DNA of 60,825 nt, from positions 103,730,620-103,791,444 of the forward strand of contig NC_068986.1 of NCBI RefSeq assembly GCF_001194135.2. The letters run 5' to 3'. The notes beneath the pieces are model-generated. The model had not been told where the DNA came from, did not search any database, and saw nothing but the letters and a program-made list of their open reading frames with translations. Position 1 is the first letter of the stretch, and each line of letters begins with the position of its first letter. A program made the translations under genes and the position numbers. Origin of the DNA: Octopus bimaculoides. Its lineage: Eukaryota. This document shows, piece by piece, positions 1-12,200 of this stretch.

Positions 1-113
1 ATGGCATTTCTGCTTAAATGAAGAACTAGAGTCTTGTTTGCTTAAAAAAGGAAAATCAGTGGATTGGACTATTAAGAAGTGAAAGTCTTTTAAATGGTGG
101 TAATTCAGCAGAA

Positions 114-470
114 GTGGAGGCGCAATGGCCCAATGGTTAGAGCAGCGGATTCGCGGTTGTAGGAACGCGGTTTTGATTCCCGGACCGGGCGTTGTGAGTG
201 TTTATTGAGCGAGAACACCTAAAGTTCCACAAGGCTCCGGCAGGGGATGGTGGCGAACCCTGCTGTACTCTTTCACCACAACTTTCTCTCACTCTTACTT
301 CCTGTTTCTATTGTCATGCTCTGTGTCACGCTGAATCTCCCCGAGAACTGCGTTAAGAGTACACATGTCTGTGGAGTGCTCAGCCACTTGCACGTTAATT
401 TCACGAGCAGGCTGTTCCGCTGATCAGATCAACTGGAACCCTCGTCATCGTAACCGATGGAGTGCCGACC
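114..470 (+). mobile_element. tRNA-derived SINE family A, full length
   Basis: Head gtggaggcgcaatggcccaatggttag with A/B boxes; ~12-bp TSD aattcagcagaa / aattcactagaa. Confidence 0.9.
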
Positions 471-519
471 AATTCACTAGAAGTAAAGTAAGTATTGTCT
501 TAAGTCTTCAAACTTTTAG

Positions 520-752
520 GGCTGGTTACCCAATTTCCATGGCGTATGAAGGGCAGAGATCACAACCTAACTGTCCCCACCGAACGGGATATCAACACAA
601 CGCAGGGTTATTCATTTACCATTGAGTTCAGTGGAGCAGCCTGAATTGACGTGTTTTGTTCAAGAGCAAAATTCACCGTCCGTTCCGGGAATCGAAAGTA
701 CGGCGTTGAGATCGTGAGTATAAAACCCTTACCACTAAGGCCACGGGCCTTC
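520..752 (-). mobile_element. tRNA-derived SINE family F
   Basis: Head gaaggcccgtggccttagtgg; body ending tacgccatggaaa. Related copies at 42250-42480 (-), 54030-54190 (+), 3522-3720 (+) and 36047-36170 (+). Confidence 0.65.
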
Positions 753-774
753 ACAATTCAGCAAAAAGTGTTTT

Positions 775-1285
775 AGGAGTGGCTGTGTGGTAAGTAGCTT
801 GCTTACCAACCACATGGTTCCGGGTTCATTCCCACTGCGTGGCATCTTGGGCAAGTGTCTTCGACTATAGCCTCGGGCCGACCAAAGCCTTGTGAGTGGA
901 TTTGGTAGACGGAAACTGAAAGAAGCCTATCATGTGTATGTATGTATGTGTGTGTATANNNNNNNNNNNNNNNNNNNNNNNNNNNNNNNNNNNNNNNNNN
1001 NNNNNNNNNNNNNNNNNNNNNNNNNNNNNNNNNNNNNNNNNNNNNNNNNNNNNNNNNNNNNNNNNNNNNNNNNNNNNNNNNNNNNNNNNNNNNNNNNNNN
1101 NNNNNNNNNNNNNNNNNNNNNNNNNNNNNNNNNNNNNNNNNNNNNNNNNNNNNNNNNNNNNNNNNNNNNNNNNNNNNNNNNNNNNNNNNNNNNNNNNNNN
1201 NNNNNNNNNNNNNNNNNNNNNNNNNNNNNNNNNNNNNNNNNNNNNNNNNNNNNNNNNNATGACTGAAACAAGTAAAAGAGAGAAA
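775..1285 (+). mobile_element. SINE family B (head, internal microsatellite/gap, tail end)
   Basis: Head ggagtggctgtgtggtaag...gaaagaagcc; tail gactgaaacaagtaaaaga after the gap. Confidence 0.85.
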
Positions 1286-1530
1286 AAGAGTAAAGAATTT
1301 CAAAACATTTCACTAAGGTGGTGAGCAGGGCAAAAGGCCCTACGTTCTGAGTTCAAATTCTGCCGAGGTCTATTTTGCCTTTTCTTCTTTTGGGGTTGAT
1401 GAAATAAGAACCTATTGAACGCTGGGGTCGATATAATTGCCAAGCCCCCACCTCCGAAATTTCAGGCCTTGTGCCAGTAGCAGAAAGAACTTTATGATGT
1501 GCACACAGAGTAGCAAGAATCCAAACGACC

Positions 1531-1568
<38 letters not shown>

Positions 1569-2059
1569 TTCTTAATACTTTCTGGTTGAATCGAATGTGA
1601 ATATCTGAACGCCTTTTAGACAATGCGAATTTATAACACGCGCGATTCACCGGTCAATTTCGTAAAAGGTTTGGAAATTTTCAAAACTACGAACTTAAAT
1701 AATGCATAAACAAACAACATTCTAATTTGAATCTAGATGGAGCTCTTAATCTCTTGCAATTCGCGTTAATTACATTATAATTTCAAATTAAATAGCTAAT
1801 CTATTTCAGAATCCTACTTCAGAATTATATAAATGCTATATAAATACGGGGGAAATATTGACTTTTGAGAAACCACGCACTGAATATTGTGTCGCTGTTT
1901 TCAAACAAAAAAAGCGAACAATTTTTAACATTAAATTTAGTTAGACATTAGCTGCATGCTAGACTTATGAATGATAGTTCAGCAAAACGATTAAGAATTG
2001 CCCCGTAATTAGTCCTAGCTGACATTTGTGGGGTTTTCTAAATTAAGCAAAATTGACTT

Positions 2060-3490
2060 TCATTAAAATCTAATATTAAATTTCCTTTGAAGGTGTATTC
2101 CGTGGTGCCTTTAGTATTTCTGAATCTAAAATCCATTCTATTACAAGCACAGGGCTTGGAAATTGAAGGGAGGGGGCAAATCGATTACATTAGCCCCAGT
2201 GATCAGCTATTACTTATTTTATCGAACCCGAAAGCATGAAAGGCAAAGTCGACCTCTGTGGAGCTTGAACTCAGAATGTCAAGATTGGCGAAATACCAGA
2301 GCGCATTTTTTCCAGCTTGCTAACAATTCTTTTCCACTCTAGGCACCGGCCCAAAATCTTTGGGGAGAGGGCCTGTCGATTACATCGACCCCACTATGCA
2401 ACTGGTACTTAATTTATCGACCCCGAAAGGAGAAAAGGTAAAGTCGACCTCGGCGGAATTTGAACTCAGAACGTAGCGGCAGACGAAATACTTGCTAAGC
2501 ATTTCGCTCGGCGTGCTAACGATTCTGTCAGCTCGCCGCTTTTTATTAAAATGTAAAACTGGTTGCAAACTTTGGCACAAGGCCAGCAATTTTGGGTTCG
2601 TGGTAAGTCGATTGCATCGTCCCCAGTGCTCAACTGGTACTTACTTTATCGCCCTCAAAAGTTTGAAAGGCAAAGGTGACCTCGGCGGAGTTTATACTCA
2701 GAAACTAAAGACAGACGAAACACCGCAAGGCACTTTGCCCGGCCTGCTAATCATTCTGCAAACTCGTCGCCGTTAATAAAAATATAAAATTAAAGTTCCT
2801 TTGATTTCGTGGTGTCTTTAATATTTCTGAATNNNNNNNNNNTTATTAAAATGTAAAACTGGTTGCAAACTTTGGCACAAGGCCAGCAATTTTGGGTTCG
2901 TGGTAAGTCGATTGCATCGTCCCCAGTGCTCAACTGGTACTTACTTTATCGCCCTCAAAAGTTTGAAAGGCAAAGGTGACCTCGGCGGAGTTTATACTCA
3001 GAAACTAAAGACAGACGAAACACCGCAAGGCACTTTGCCCGGCCTGCTAATCATTCTGCAAACTCGTCGCCGTTAATAAAAATATAAAATTAAAGTTCCT
3101 TTGATTTCGTGGTGTCTTTAATATTTCTGAATTTGAAATACTTTCTACAGGGTCTTAAATTTTGAAGAAAGGGGTATTCGATTACATTAACCCCAGTACT
3201 TGACTGGTACTCGAAAGGATGAAAGACAAATCAACCTCAGTAACATTTTTAAAGTTCCTTTGATTTCGTGGAGTCTTTAATATTTCTGAATTTAAAATAC
3301 TTTCTACAGGGTCTGAAATTTTGGAGAAAGGGGTATTCGATTACATCAACCCCAGTACTTGACTGTTACTCGAAAGGATGAAAGACAAATCAACCTCAGT
3401 GACATTTGAACTCAGCACGTAAAGATAGACGATAAACCGCTAAGCATTTTGTCCGGCGTGCTAACGATTCTGCCAGTTCGCCCCCTTGCT
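2060..3490 (-). mobile_element. Tandem array of family-C SINEs with a repeated AT-rich spacer
   Basis: About six copies of gtcgattacatc..cccag..ctggtac..gaaaggatgaaaggcaaagtcgacctcggcggaatttgaactcag; one is an assembly duplicate. Confidence 0.85.
2543..3132. other. Probable assembly artefact: identical 290 bp on both sides of a 10-N gap
   Basis: 2543-2832 equals 2843-3132. Confidence 0.8.
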
Positions 3491-4129
3491 ATTTCTGCAT
3501 TTATAATATTACAGCTCACTGTGAAGGTGTGTAGCCAAGTGGTTAGGCTGTTGCACTTACAAGCATAAGATCATTGTTTCGATTTCTGAAACGGGTGGCG
3601 CGTTGTGTTCTTGAGGAAAACAATTAATTTTATTTGCACCTCTCCACTCAATTGTAAAGGAGATCCAATACTGTTTGGCAAATTAAACCTGCAACGGGTT
3701 AAGCACCAGCATTACGGGATCTATGTCACACAACAGATCGACGTTCTAAGTATCTAATAAATCAATGTATTATGTTATAGGCTAATTAATACTGCACTGT
3801 ATGATCATAGGCATATCTACAGGTTTCTAAAATTAAGTTCATTATTTACCTCAACAGATATGTTCCAGAGGCTCGGAATCACAAGCAGTTCATCTTTGGA
3901 ATCAAAATGTTCATCAATCCCGCATCTGAGCGGCCGCTCGATCAGCTAAAGATAGCAAATTTCCCTCAAATCACACCCCGTTTCAATACCAGCAGATGAC
4001 AACGTTTCTCTAAAAGAAATGGAAAAACNNNNNNNNNNNNNNNNNNNNNNNNNNNNNNNNNNNNNNNNNNNNNNNNNNNNNNNNNNNNNNNNNNNNNNNN
4101 NNNNNNNNNNNNNNNNNNNNNNNNNNNNA

Positions 4130-4620
4130 CCTGTAACCAGCAGAACTGAGAAAAACATCGCAGATGTCCGTGAAGCTGTGGGGAAAAATCGTCGAATCAC
4201 CAACCATGAGTTACCAGAGGATGCACAGATTAGTGGCGGTTCAGTTCAGTCCATTATCACTGAAGATTTGGGTATGAGACGCGTGTCTGCCAAGTTTGTA
4301 CCAAAACTGCTTTCAGCTGACCAAGAGAAACTCGGGTTTCAGTTGGATAACATATTGTTGATTGTGTCGAGAATGCTGAAGACTTTTTGAAAATTTTGCT
4401 TAGGCCTCTGAGCAGGTATCGCCAAGCTTTTGGCAAAATTTGATGCAGATTCTCTGCTCAACTTTCTCTGTCATGGTCAATGCGATGATCACACGCTACA
4501 CACGTTCCTTCCAAGCACTGCTGTGAATAGCGGAAGTGAGCTAGAATGTTAAAACTTAGTGCACATGCACAGCAGAATTCAAGGTCAAATTGTGACAAAC
4601 GGCTTCACTCTGCGTGTTTT
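4130..4620. mobile_element. Rearranged mariner transposase remnant
   Basis: + strand TSRTEKNIADVREAV...LGMRRVSAKFVPKLL (HTH and WVP-like linker) joined to - strand N-terminus MTEKVEQRICIKFCQKLGDTCSEA. Confidence 0.9.
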
Positions 4621-4846
4621 AGCTTTGCTACTATGGCAACAGTCCGGAAACGTGTGTTATTCCTGGTTTTGAAGACGTCAGGATATGATTTGTGAAATAC
4701 TTAACTGCTTCTTTTAGCAGATTCATCACCAGTATAAGTTTTGTAACTATAGGCAAATATGAATAATTGTCAAAGTTGTATATAAATAATATTCTTTTCT
4801 CTCGGCAACTGTTATCTGTAGAGCAACAGCTGTTGAAAACAAAACG

Positions 4847-4882
<36 letters not shown>

Positions 4883-5010
4883 CAAATATACATAATCACA
4901 CACATATATATATATATGTGTGTGTCTGTGTGTTTATATATGCACACATACATAGATACACACACACATATACACGCACGCATATGTACATATACATACA
5001 TATATATATT

Positions 5011-5377
5011 ACTCGACTTCGTTTGTCACGGATAACCATGGGTGCACCTAACAGGTTCCCCTCTGAGGTACAATCTTGGTGGAAAGTCGCCTCACCGGCG
5101 AGCGCACACCCTAGGGTTGTTTTTGTGGAATACCAGCAGTCACCCATGCATACCAGCCTCCCCTCTCCACGCCACCAGTGTTATCCAAGGGAAAGGCAAA
5201 GGGGCCGATACAGCTTGGCACCTGTGACGTCGCAACTCATTTCTACAGCTGAGTGAACTGGAGCAACGTGAAATAAAGTGTCGTGCTCAAGAACACAACA
5301 CGCAGCCCGGTCCGGGAATCCAACTCACAACCTCGCGATCGTATGCTCGATGCTCTACCACTGAGCCTTGCGCCTTC
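5011..5377 (-). mobile_element. tRNA-derived SINE family D
   Basis: Head gaaggcgcaaggctcagtggtagagc; core cacgttgctccagttcactcagctgtagaaatgag; a second copy lies at 14104-14430 (+). Confidence 0.8.
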
Positions 5378-5872
5378 ACACACACACACACTTACATACT
5401 TGAGAATGGATTCGTGGCGTTCAATCATATAATAATATAAATAAATAATATTTAAATATATCCATATATACATACATATATGTACGNNNNNNNNNNNNNN
5501 NNNNNNNNNNNNNNNNNNNNNNNNNNNNNNNNNNNNNNNNNNNNNNNNNNNNNNNNNNNNNNNNNNNNNNNNNNNNNNNNNNNNNNNNNNNNNNNNNNNN
5601 NNNNNNNNNNNNNNNNNNNNNNNNNNNNNNNNNNNNNNNNNNNNNNNNNNNNNNNNNNNNNNNNNNNNNNNNNNNNNNNNNNNNNNNNNNNNNNNNNNNN
5701 NNNNNNNNNNNNNNNNNNNNNNNNNNNNNNNNNNNNNNNNNNNNNNNNNNNNNNNNNNNNNNNNNNNNNNNNNNNNNNNNNNNNNNNNNNNNNNNNNNNN
5801 NNNNNNNNNNNNNNNNNNNNNNNNNNNNNNNNNNNNNNNNNNNNNNNNNNNNNNNNNNNNNNNNNNATATAT

Positions 5873-6245
5873 AGGCGCAGGAGTGGCTGTGTGGTATGTA
5901 GCTTGCTTACCAACCACATGGCTCCGGGTTCAGTCCCACTGCGTGGCACCTTGAGCAAGTGTTTTCTACTATAGCTTTGGCTCGGCCAAAGCCCTATGAG
6001 TGGATTTGGTAGGCGGAAACTGAAAGAAGCCCGTCGTATATATATATATATATATATAATTATATACTCTTTTACTTGTTTCAGTCATTTGACTGCGGCC
6101 ATGTAGGAGCACCGCCTTTAGTCAGAGAAATCAACCCCAAGAGTTTGTAGGCCTAGAACTTATTCTATCGGTCCCTTTGCCGAACTGCTAGTTGACGGTG
6201 ACATAAACACACCAGCATCGGTTATCAAGCGATGTTGGGGGACAA
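5873..6245. mobile_element. Family-B head (+) facing a family-B tail (-) across (TA)n
   Basis: 5873-6040 matches the B head; 6065-6245 is the reverse complement of the B tail. Confidence 0.8.
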
Positions 6246-6744
6246 ACATATACACACACACACATACATATATACATATATATATAAAGGAAATGTGTGT
6301 GTGTGTGCGCGCACGCGTGTCTGTCTGTCTGTCTGACTGTATGTATGTATATATGTATGTATGTATGTACAGTGTTTATTTTGTGTTTAAAAAATGACAA
6401 AAATTAGAATTAGTTAAAAATTGTTTTATTTACAAAGATATCCGATAGCGTGTTGATTACATAATACGTTATTTCGACCTCGTCTATGATCCCAATTTCT
6501 TGATTTTGATTACCAAACCTTAACTTTATCGGCAGAACATCAAGTCGAATATGTAGAAAATAGCAGAAATCCTCCCAACTGTGATAAAATGGAAAAGAAA
6601 ATTCAAGGGAGATGACTTTAATAAAATTTACGAGATGGATAGAGTTATTTCCCTTAAATGGCTTCTGCAACTATAAAACAAATTGAAAACAATTGCAGTG
6701 TGAAGAAACACGCAAAAACCGTTAGATTCACTTCAACATTTGAA

Positions 6745-6795
6745 TTTCCCAAAATATTTTCGTCACTTTGAGACCGTGACCTGTGCACTGACAAA
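6745..6795 (-). ncRNA. Second, degraded copy of the G3:C8 hammerhead-like motif
   Basis: UUUGUCA GUGCACA G GUCAC...GUGAC GAA AAUAUU; A6-to-C change and a broken stem I 3' strand. Confidence 0.4.
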
Positions 6796-7027
6796 ATTCC
6801 GTGCTAGACGGAACATATATATATATGTTATGTATTTCGTTTTATTCATTAGATTGTGGCCACGTGACTTGAAGAATTTTAGTCGAACTAATCAACCCCA
6901 GTATTTATATTTTTTGTAAAGCTTGATACTTATTCTAGTGGTCTCTTCTGCCGAACCGCTGGATCAGTCATTGGCAGGTTGGAAGTTTGAATTTTAGATC
7001 AAAGAGTAACGATGACAATTCACAGAG

Positions 7028-7760
7028 ACAGGTGTGGCTGTGTGGTAAGAAGTTTTCTTCTTAACCAGATGGTTTCGGGTTCAGTCCCACTGTGTGGCAC
7101 CTTGGGTAAATCTCGTCTGCTATAATCACACTCGGACCAAAGCTTAGTGAATGAATTTCATTAAAGGGAAACTGAAAGAAGCCCAATATATATATATATA
7201 TATANNNNNNNNNNNNNNNNNNNNNNNNNNNNNNNNNNNNNNNNNNNNNNNNNNNNNNNNNNNNNNNNNNNNNNNNNNNNNNNNNNNNNNNNNNNNNNNN
7301 NNNNNNNNNNNNNNNNNNNNNNNNNNNNNNNNNNNNNNNNNNNNNNNNNNNNNNNNNNNNNNNNNNNNNNNNNNNNNNNNNNNNNNNNNNNNNNNNNNNN
7401 NNNNNNNNNNNNNNNNNNNNNNNNNNNNNNNNNNNNNNNNNNNNNNNNNNNNNNNNNNNNNNNNNNNNNNNNNNNNNNNNNNNNNNNNNNNNNNNNNNNN
7501 NNNNNNNNNNNNNNNNNNNNNNNNNNNNNNNNNNNNNNNNNNNNNNNNNNNNNNNNNNNNNNNNNNNNNNNNNNNNNNNNNNNNNNNNNNNNNNNNNNNN
7601 NNNNNNNNNNNNNNNNNNNNNNNNNNNNNNNNNNNNNNNNNNNNNNNNNNNNNNNNNNNNNNNNNNNNNNNNNNNNNNNNNNNNNNTATATATATGACGG
7701 TGGGGAGTGTCTGTCTGTCCTCACCACCACTTGACAACCAATGTTTGGTGAAATTCGGTT
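7028..7760 (+). mobile_element. SINE family B, diverged, with internal gap
   Basis: B head, then (TA)n/N run, then ccaccacttgacaacc tail start. Confidence 0.7.
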
Positions 7761-7944
7761 GAGAATTGTGGGAATGTAAATGTTAGTCATTATACACACA
7801 CGTACTGTGATTTATATAGGTGGACAATGGAGATAGACAAAATCATTTCACTTCGATAAAAAGCTTTAACAAGTATGGAAAACCCTACATACAAAAAGAA
7901 AAACTATGTCCATTTATGTCCATATATGCAGGAGCTCTGGACCA

Positions 7945-8042
7945 AATGTTGCGTCTGTGGAGTGCTCAGCCACTTGAACGTTAATTTCATGAGTAGGTTG
8001 TTCAGTTGAACGGATCAACTGGAACACTCGCTGTCGACGGAG
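7945..8042 (+). mobile_element. SINE family A 3' fragment
   Basis: gtctgtggagtgctcagccacttg...actggaac matches the A 3' part. Confidence 0.75.
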
Positions 8043-8152
8043 TATCACTTGTTTCAAAACCAAAGGATAATATTTATATATGCACAAAGGAAAATAATCG
8101 AAGAGAAATAAAATGGCTACTTGATTTTCGTTTTTCATGAATATTTAGGCAA

Positions 8153-8265
<113 letters not shown>

Positions 8266-8267
8266 TA

Positions 8268-8474
8268 TTCGTTTATATTTATATAAGGGGCATTACTCTA
8301 GATTCATTCTAGTAATCGCGAAATCGGTCGATACATAGTTCAGTTATTTAATAGAAAGTTGGTCTTCTTCTGTTGGTTGTTTTTCCTCGCATTCGGTACT
8401 AAATTTGTTTATTTTGGGAAGTCCAGTGTGTGGCATTATTCTGTAGTAATGCCCCTTATATAAATATAAACGAA
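8268..8474. mobile_element. 207-bp MITE with perfect 30-bp TIRs and TA flanks
   Basis: ttcgtttatatttatataaggggcattact (8268-8297) is the exact reverse complement of 8445-8474; TA on both sides. Confidence 0.8.
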
Positions 8475-9034
8475 TAATTATATTCTTGGGAATAGAAATT
8501 TCCCTTATGAATTTTTTTACACACTGGCTTCTAAAAGATTTTTATCCTTTTATGAATTTATTAATCATATATATATATACAAAAAATGTGTAACGAAGAG
8601 ATGGCGGCGTGGGTTTTATCGTGGCTACCGAATAATTGTCACATATCTTTACAGATAAATTCCTCTATTTACATAATATCGAGGTCTCTTTCTTTCTTTT
8701 GTTGTCTTTTCTAATCGTTGACCAAACACCATTCAATTTTTTTTCTCCGTGCTTTTCTCCTTGTTTTTTCCTTGTTGACATTTAAAAAGTTTTTAAGCAT
8801 TTTAAGACAATATCGACCTCGACGTAATTCGAACTCAGAACGTAGCTACGGGTGAAATACCGCCAATAATTCCGTCCTGCGTGCTAACGATTCTGCCAGC
8901 TCGCCGTCTTAAAAAAAAATAATAAATAAGCGATTGTAATAATATTTTGACATTTAAACATTTTTAAGCATTTTACAAGTACTGAGTCTATGGATATTAT
9001 CCAATCATCACGTTCTTAGTCTCCCCCCATCCAC

Positions 9035-9345
9035 CCACCCACTCCATGTTTCCTGCCGGTTGGCTCAGCTTGAAGAATCCATTTTGTCATTCTTTCCTGC
9101 GACGTTCAAATCACGTGGCCGTAGTTGCGAAGTTGCGATGTCGTTATACGGAGAAAGAGGCTCGTCCTGAAGAGACTCCCTAATTTCCGAGCTATGCCCC
9201 TTGTCATGTAACAAGGTTCCAGAGATCCTTCAGAGAAATCCCACCTCGGCCGCTTGCATTCGAGATCATACTCTTTTGAACATTACCCAGCATTCATAAC
9301 CTTATAAGCGAGTCCGAGTAAGGAGAACGGGTCTTCTGTTCCATA
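9035..9345 (-). mobile_element. RTE-clade LINE RT C-terminal fragment
   Basis: Frameshifted translation YGYECWVM...RMQAAEVGFL.RISG...SSEIRESLQ.EPL...SQLRNYGHVI...ERMTKWILQAEPTGR. Confidence 0.8.
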
Positions 9346-9646
9346 TTACTGTCTTCACCTTCGTGCATTTTAGAGAAGAATAAAGATATACTTCGGTATA
9401 TCAGTTTCATGGCAGTCGCTAATATTTCTCAGAATAAATGAAATGGAAACTGAAAATTACAAGCAATACTGTTCAGTTTCTTCTAATACTTGTAAATAAA
9501 CGACTTTGGTTGTTTCGTTACCATAGATACATACTACCTTTCATTGATTACTTCACAATATTTGAAAACGATGCTAATATTCAATAAGTATTTTTTTTCT
9601 GAAATCTATCTGTCCACGACATAACTTCCGATTTGATTTGCAAGCA

Positions 9647-9647
9647 C

Positions 9648-9728
<81 letters not shown>

Positions 9729-9910
9729 TGTGTGAGTATGTGTGTGTGTGTGTGTATGTGTGTGTGTGTGTGTGTGTATGTACACAGACACCACATATTT
9801 TAAAGACATTAAGCTACTACTTTCGAATAATAAATTTCTGTCTGTCAGCCCTCTATCTATCTATCGATTTATCTATCTATTTAGCTAACTAGCTAGCTAG
9901 CTATTTCTCC

Positions 9911-9977
<67 letters not shown>

Positions 9978-10015
9978 ATCTATCTATCTATCTATCTATC
10001 CATCCATCCATCTAT
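9647..10015. repeat. (CT)n, (TG)n and (TATC)n microsatellite cluster
   Basis: Direct reading. Confidence 0.95.
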
Positions 10016-10019
10016 TTAG

Positions 10020-10200
10020 TGGAGGTGTGGGGGGGGGGGCAATTCACAAAAGACGAAGATAGGTGGTGTAGACAACAAACACATGTATTAGTTTAACGCT
10101 CGGGAAGTGAAAAAGTCTTTAACGTTTCGAGCCTATGCTCTTCGACAGAACAGAACACAGAAATAAACAGGGAGAGAAAATAGAGAAAATAAAGAAGGAG
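10020..10200 (-). mobile_element. Penelope-like terminal remnant with a degenerate hammerhead-like motif (10115-10150)
   Basis: CUGUCGA A GAGC-AUAG-GCUC GAAACGUU; weak stem I. Confidence 0.35.
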
Positions 10201-10659
10201 AGAAAAAGTGAAAGGATACATTCGTTTGTATACAGTACAAAACTAATATCAAACTACAAGTACTACCTTTTCCCAAGGATGGGGCTAAAAACAAAAGGAC
10301 CAAAGAAATTGCCTTAACGTAAAGATGATCCCTAAAATTTAACTATCTATCTATCAGTCTGTCTGTCTGTCTGTTTATCTGTCTGTTTGTCTGTCATTGA
10401 TTTTACATTAATCACTCACTTTACTAAAATGTTCACACATAGTCAGTTGTATGCTGCTCTCTGTGGAGAGCTTGACAACCGTTGTTGGTTTGTTTACGTC
10501 CCCGTAAATCAGCAGCTCGGTAAAATTAGACCGATAGAATAAGTTACCGAGCTTTAAAAACAGAACAATTACTGAGATCTATTTGTTTGACTCAAACTCT
10601 TCAAGGCAGTACCCCAATATGGCCGTAATCCAATGACTGAAACAAGTGAAAGATAATCG

Positions 10660-10870
10660 GTCGCCATATCGCGGTTCAGCTATCGCGGTTCAGCTATCGC
10701 GGTTTATTAATTAAGCTTGCATCGATTCCTCTGTGGTGTTGTTTTGCATTTATGATAAAATAAATATATACAAATTATAAAAATAATAAAAACATATATA
10801 TATATATACTGTTTCTACTTCGCGGATTTTCACCTATCGCGTGGGGTTTTGGAACGTGACACTAATCCCC
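10660..10870 (+). mobile_element. Tigger-type MITE remnant
   Basis: Repeated tatcgcggtt motif (14-bp unit, ~3 copies) and ctacttcgcggattttcacctatcgcg subterminal motif. Confidence 0.45.
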
Positions 10871-11387
10871 CCCCACCCTTTTTTTTTTCTTACTTCGTTT
10901 CTTCAGTGTAACAAAACTACTCGTTCCGGACATAAACATCTGGTCATGTATTGATATCAATAAGGAAAATGTGTGAGAGATGCATATGAGAACCTTTCCT
11001 ACAAACGCCCTCATCGTCTTCTCTATTATGTTCAATATAGAGAAACAATGGTACGCTTAATATTGATTACTTCTGATCGGAATGAAATCGATAAGATGAA
11101 AGTATAAAGCTTTTAGTAAGCATCGTTCAAATATGTAAATTCTTTTAATATTAGTTGAGTCGTTTGCCGTTACCATTAGTTACGTATAACGTTTCATTTA
11201 TGACGTCAAAGCATTAAACAATTTGTTTAATGTTAATTCATCAAATCTTCTGTTACGTCTATCGACATATTATAGACACAAACATATTATTGATACATCA
11301 ATAGATATTCTTTTAAAGTGATTTATTGTATTTTCAATAACATTTGACATGATATAAAATGATACTGGTTAACAATATACATTATAG

Positions 11388-11389
<2 letters not shown>

Positions 11390-11448
<59 letters not shown>

Positions 11449-11477
11449 CATTATTATTATTATCATCATCATCATCA

Positions 11478-11532
<55 letters not shown>

Positions 11533-11553
11533 CATCATCATTATTATTATTAT
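11390..11553. repeat. Compound (TAT)n/(CAT)n microsatellite
   Basis: Direct reading. Confidence 0.95.
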
Positions 11554-11779
11554 TCGGGTTGGAATCTTGGGGTTAGAAGCTCGCGCTCTTAACCACTATG
11601 CCATATGCCCGTGGGCGTAGTGGATAAGNNNNNNNNNNNNNNNNNNNNNNNNNNNNNNNNNNNNNNNNNNNNNNNNNNNNNNNNNNNNNNNNNNNNNNNN
11701 NNNNNNNNNNNNNNNNNNNNNNNNNNNNNNNNNNNNNNNNNNNNNNNNNNNNNNNNNNNNNNNNNNNNNNNNNNNNNNN

Positions 11780-12156
11780 GATGATGATGATGATGATGAT
11801 GGATGATGACGGATGATGATGGATGATGATGATGGATGGTGGATGATGGATGATGGATGATGATGATGATGGTTGATGATGATGATTGATGATGATGATT
11901 GATGATGATGATGATGGATGATGATGATGCATGATGATGGATGATGGTGATGGATGATGATGATGATTGATGATTGATGATAGTGATTGATGATTGATAT
12001 TGATGATTGGTGATTGATGGTTGATGATGGTGATTAATGATTGATGATTGATGGTGATAATGGATGATGGATGATGATGATACTGATGATGATTGATGAT
12101 GATTATTGATTGATGATGATGATGATGGATGATGATGATGATGATTGATGATGATA

Positions 12157-12200
<44 letters not shown>

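Noticed and set aside
114-190. tRNA-like sequences at SINE heads
   Set aside because: A/B boxes run into SINE bodies with TSDs and multiple diverged copies; not functional tRNA genes.
2543-3132. Exact duplications around 10-N gaps (also 48006-48413)
   Set aside because: Typical unmerged contig overlaps or haplotype duplicates rather than biology.
2060-3490. Repeat-spacer pattern suggesting a CRISPR array
   Set aside because: Units are ~200-300-bp SINEs with similar spacers, in a eukaryotic context with no cas genes.
3850-4009. Minus-strand 160-nt exon whose only near-open frame has a UAG that A-to-I editing could convert to Trp
   Set aside because: All frames contain stops, a shorter acceptor at 3945 avoids the stop, and nothing supports editing; too speculative.
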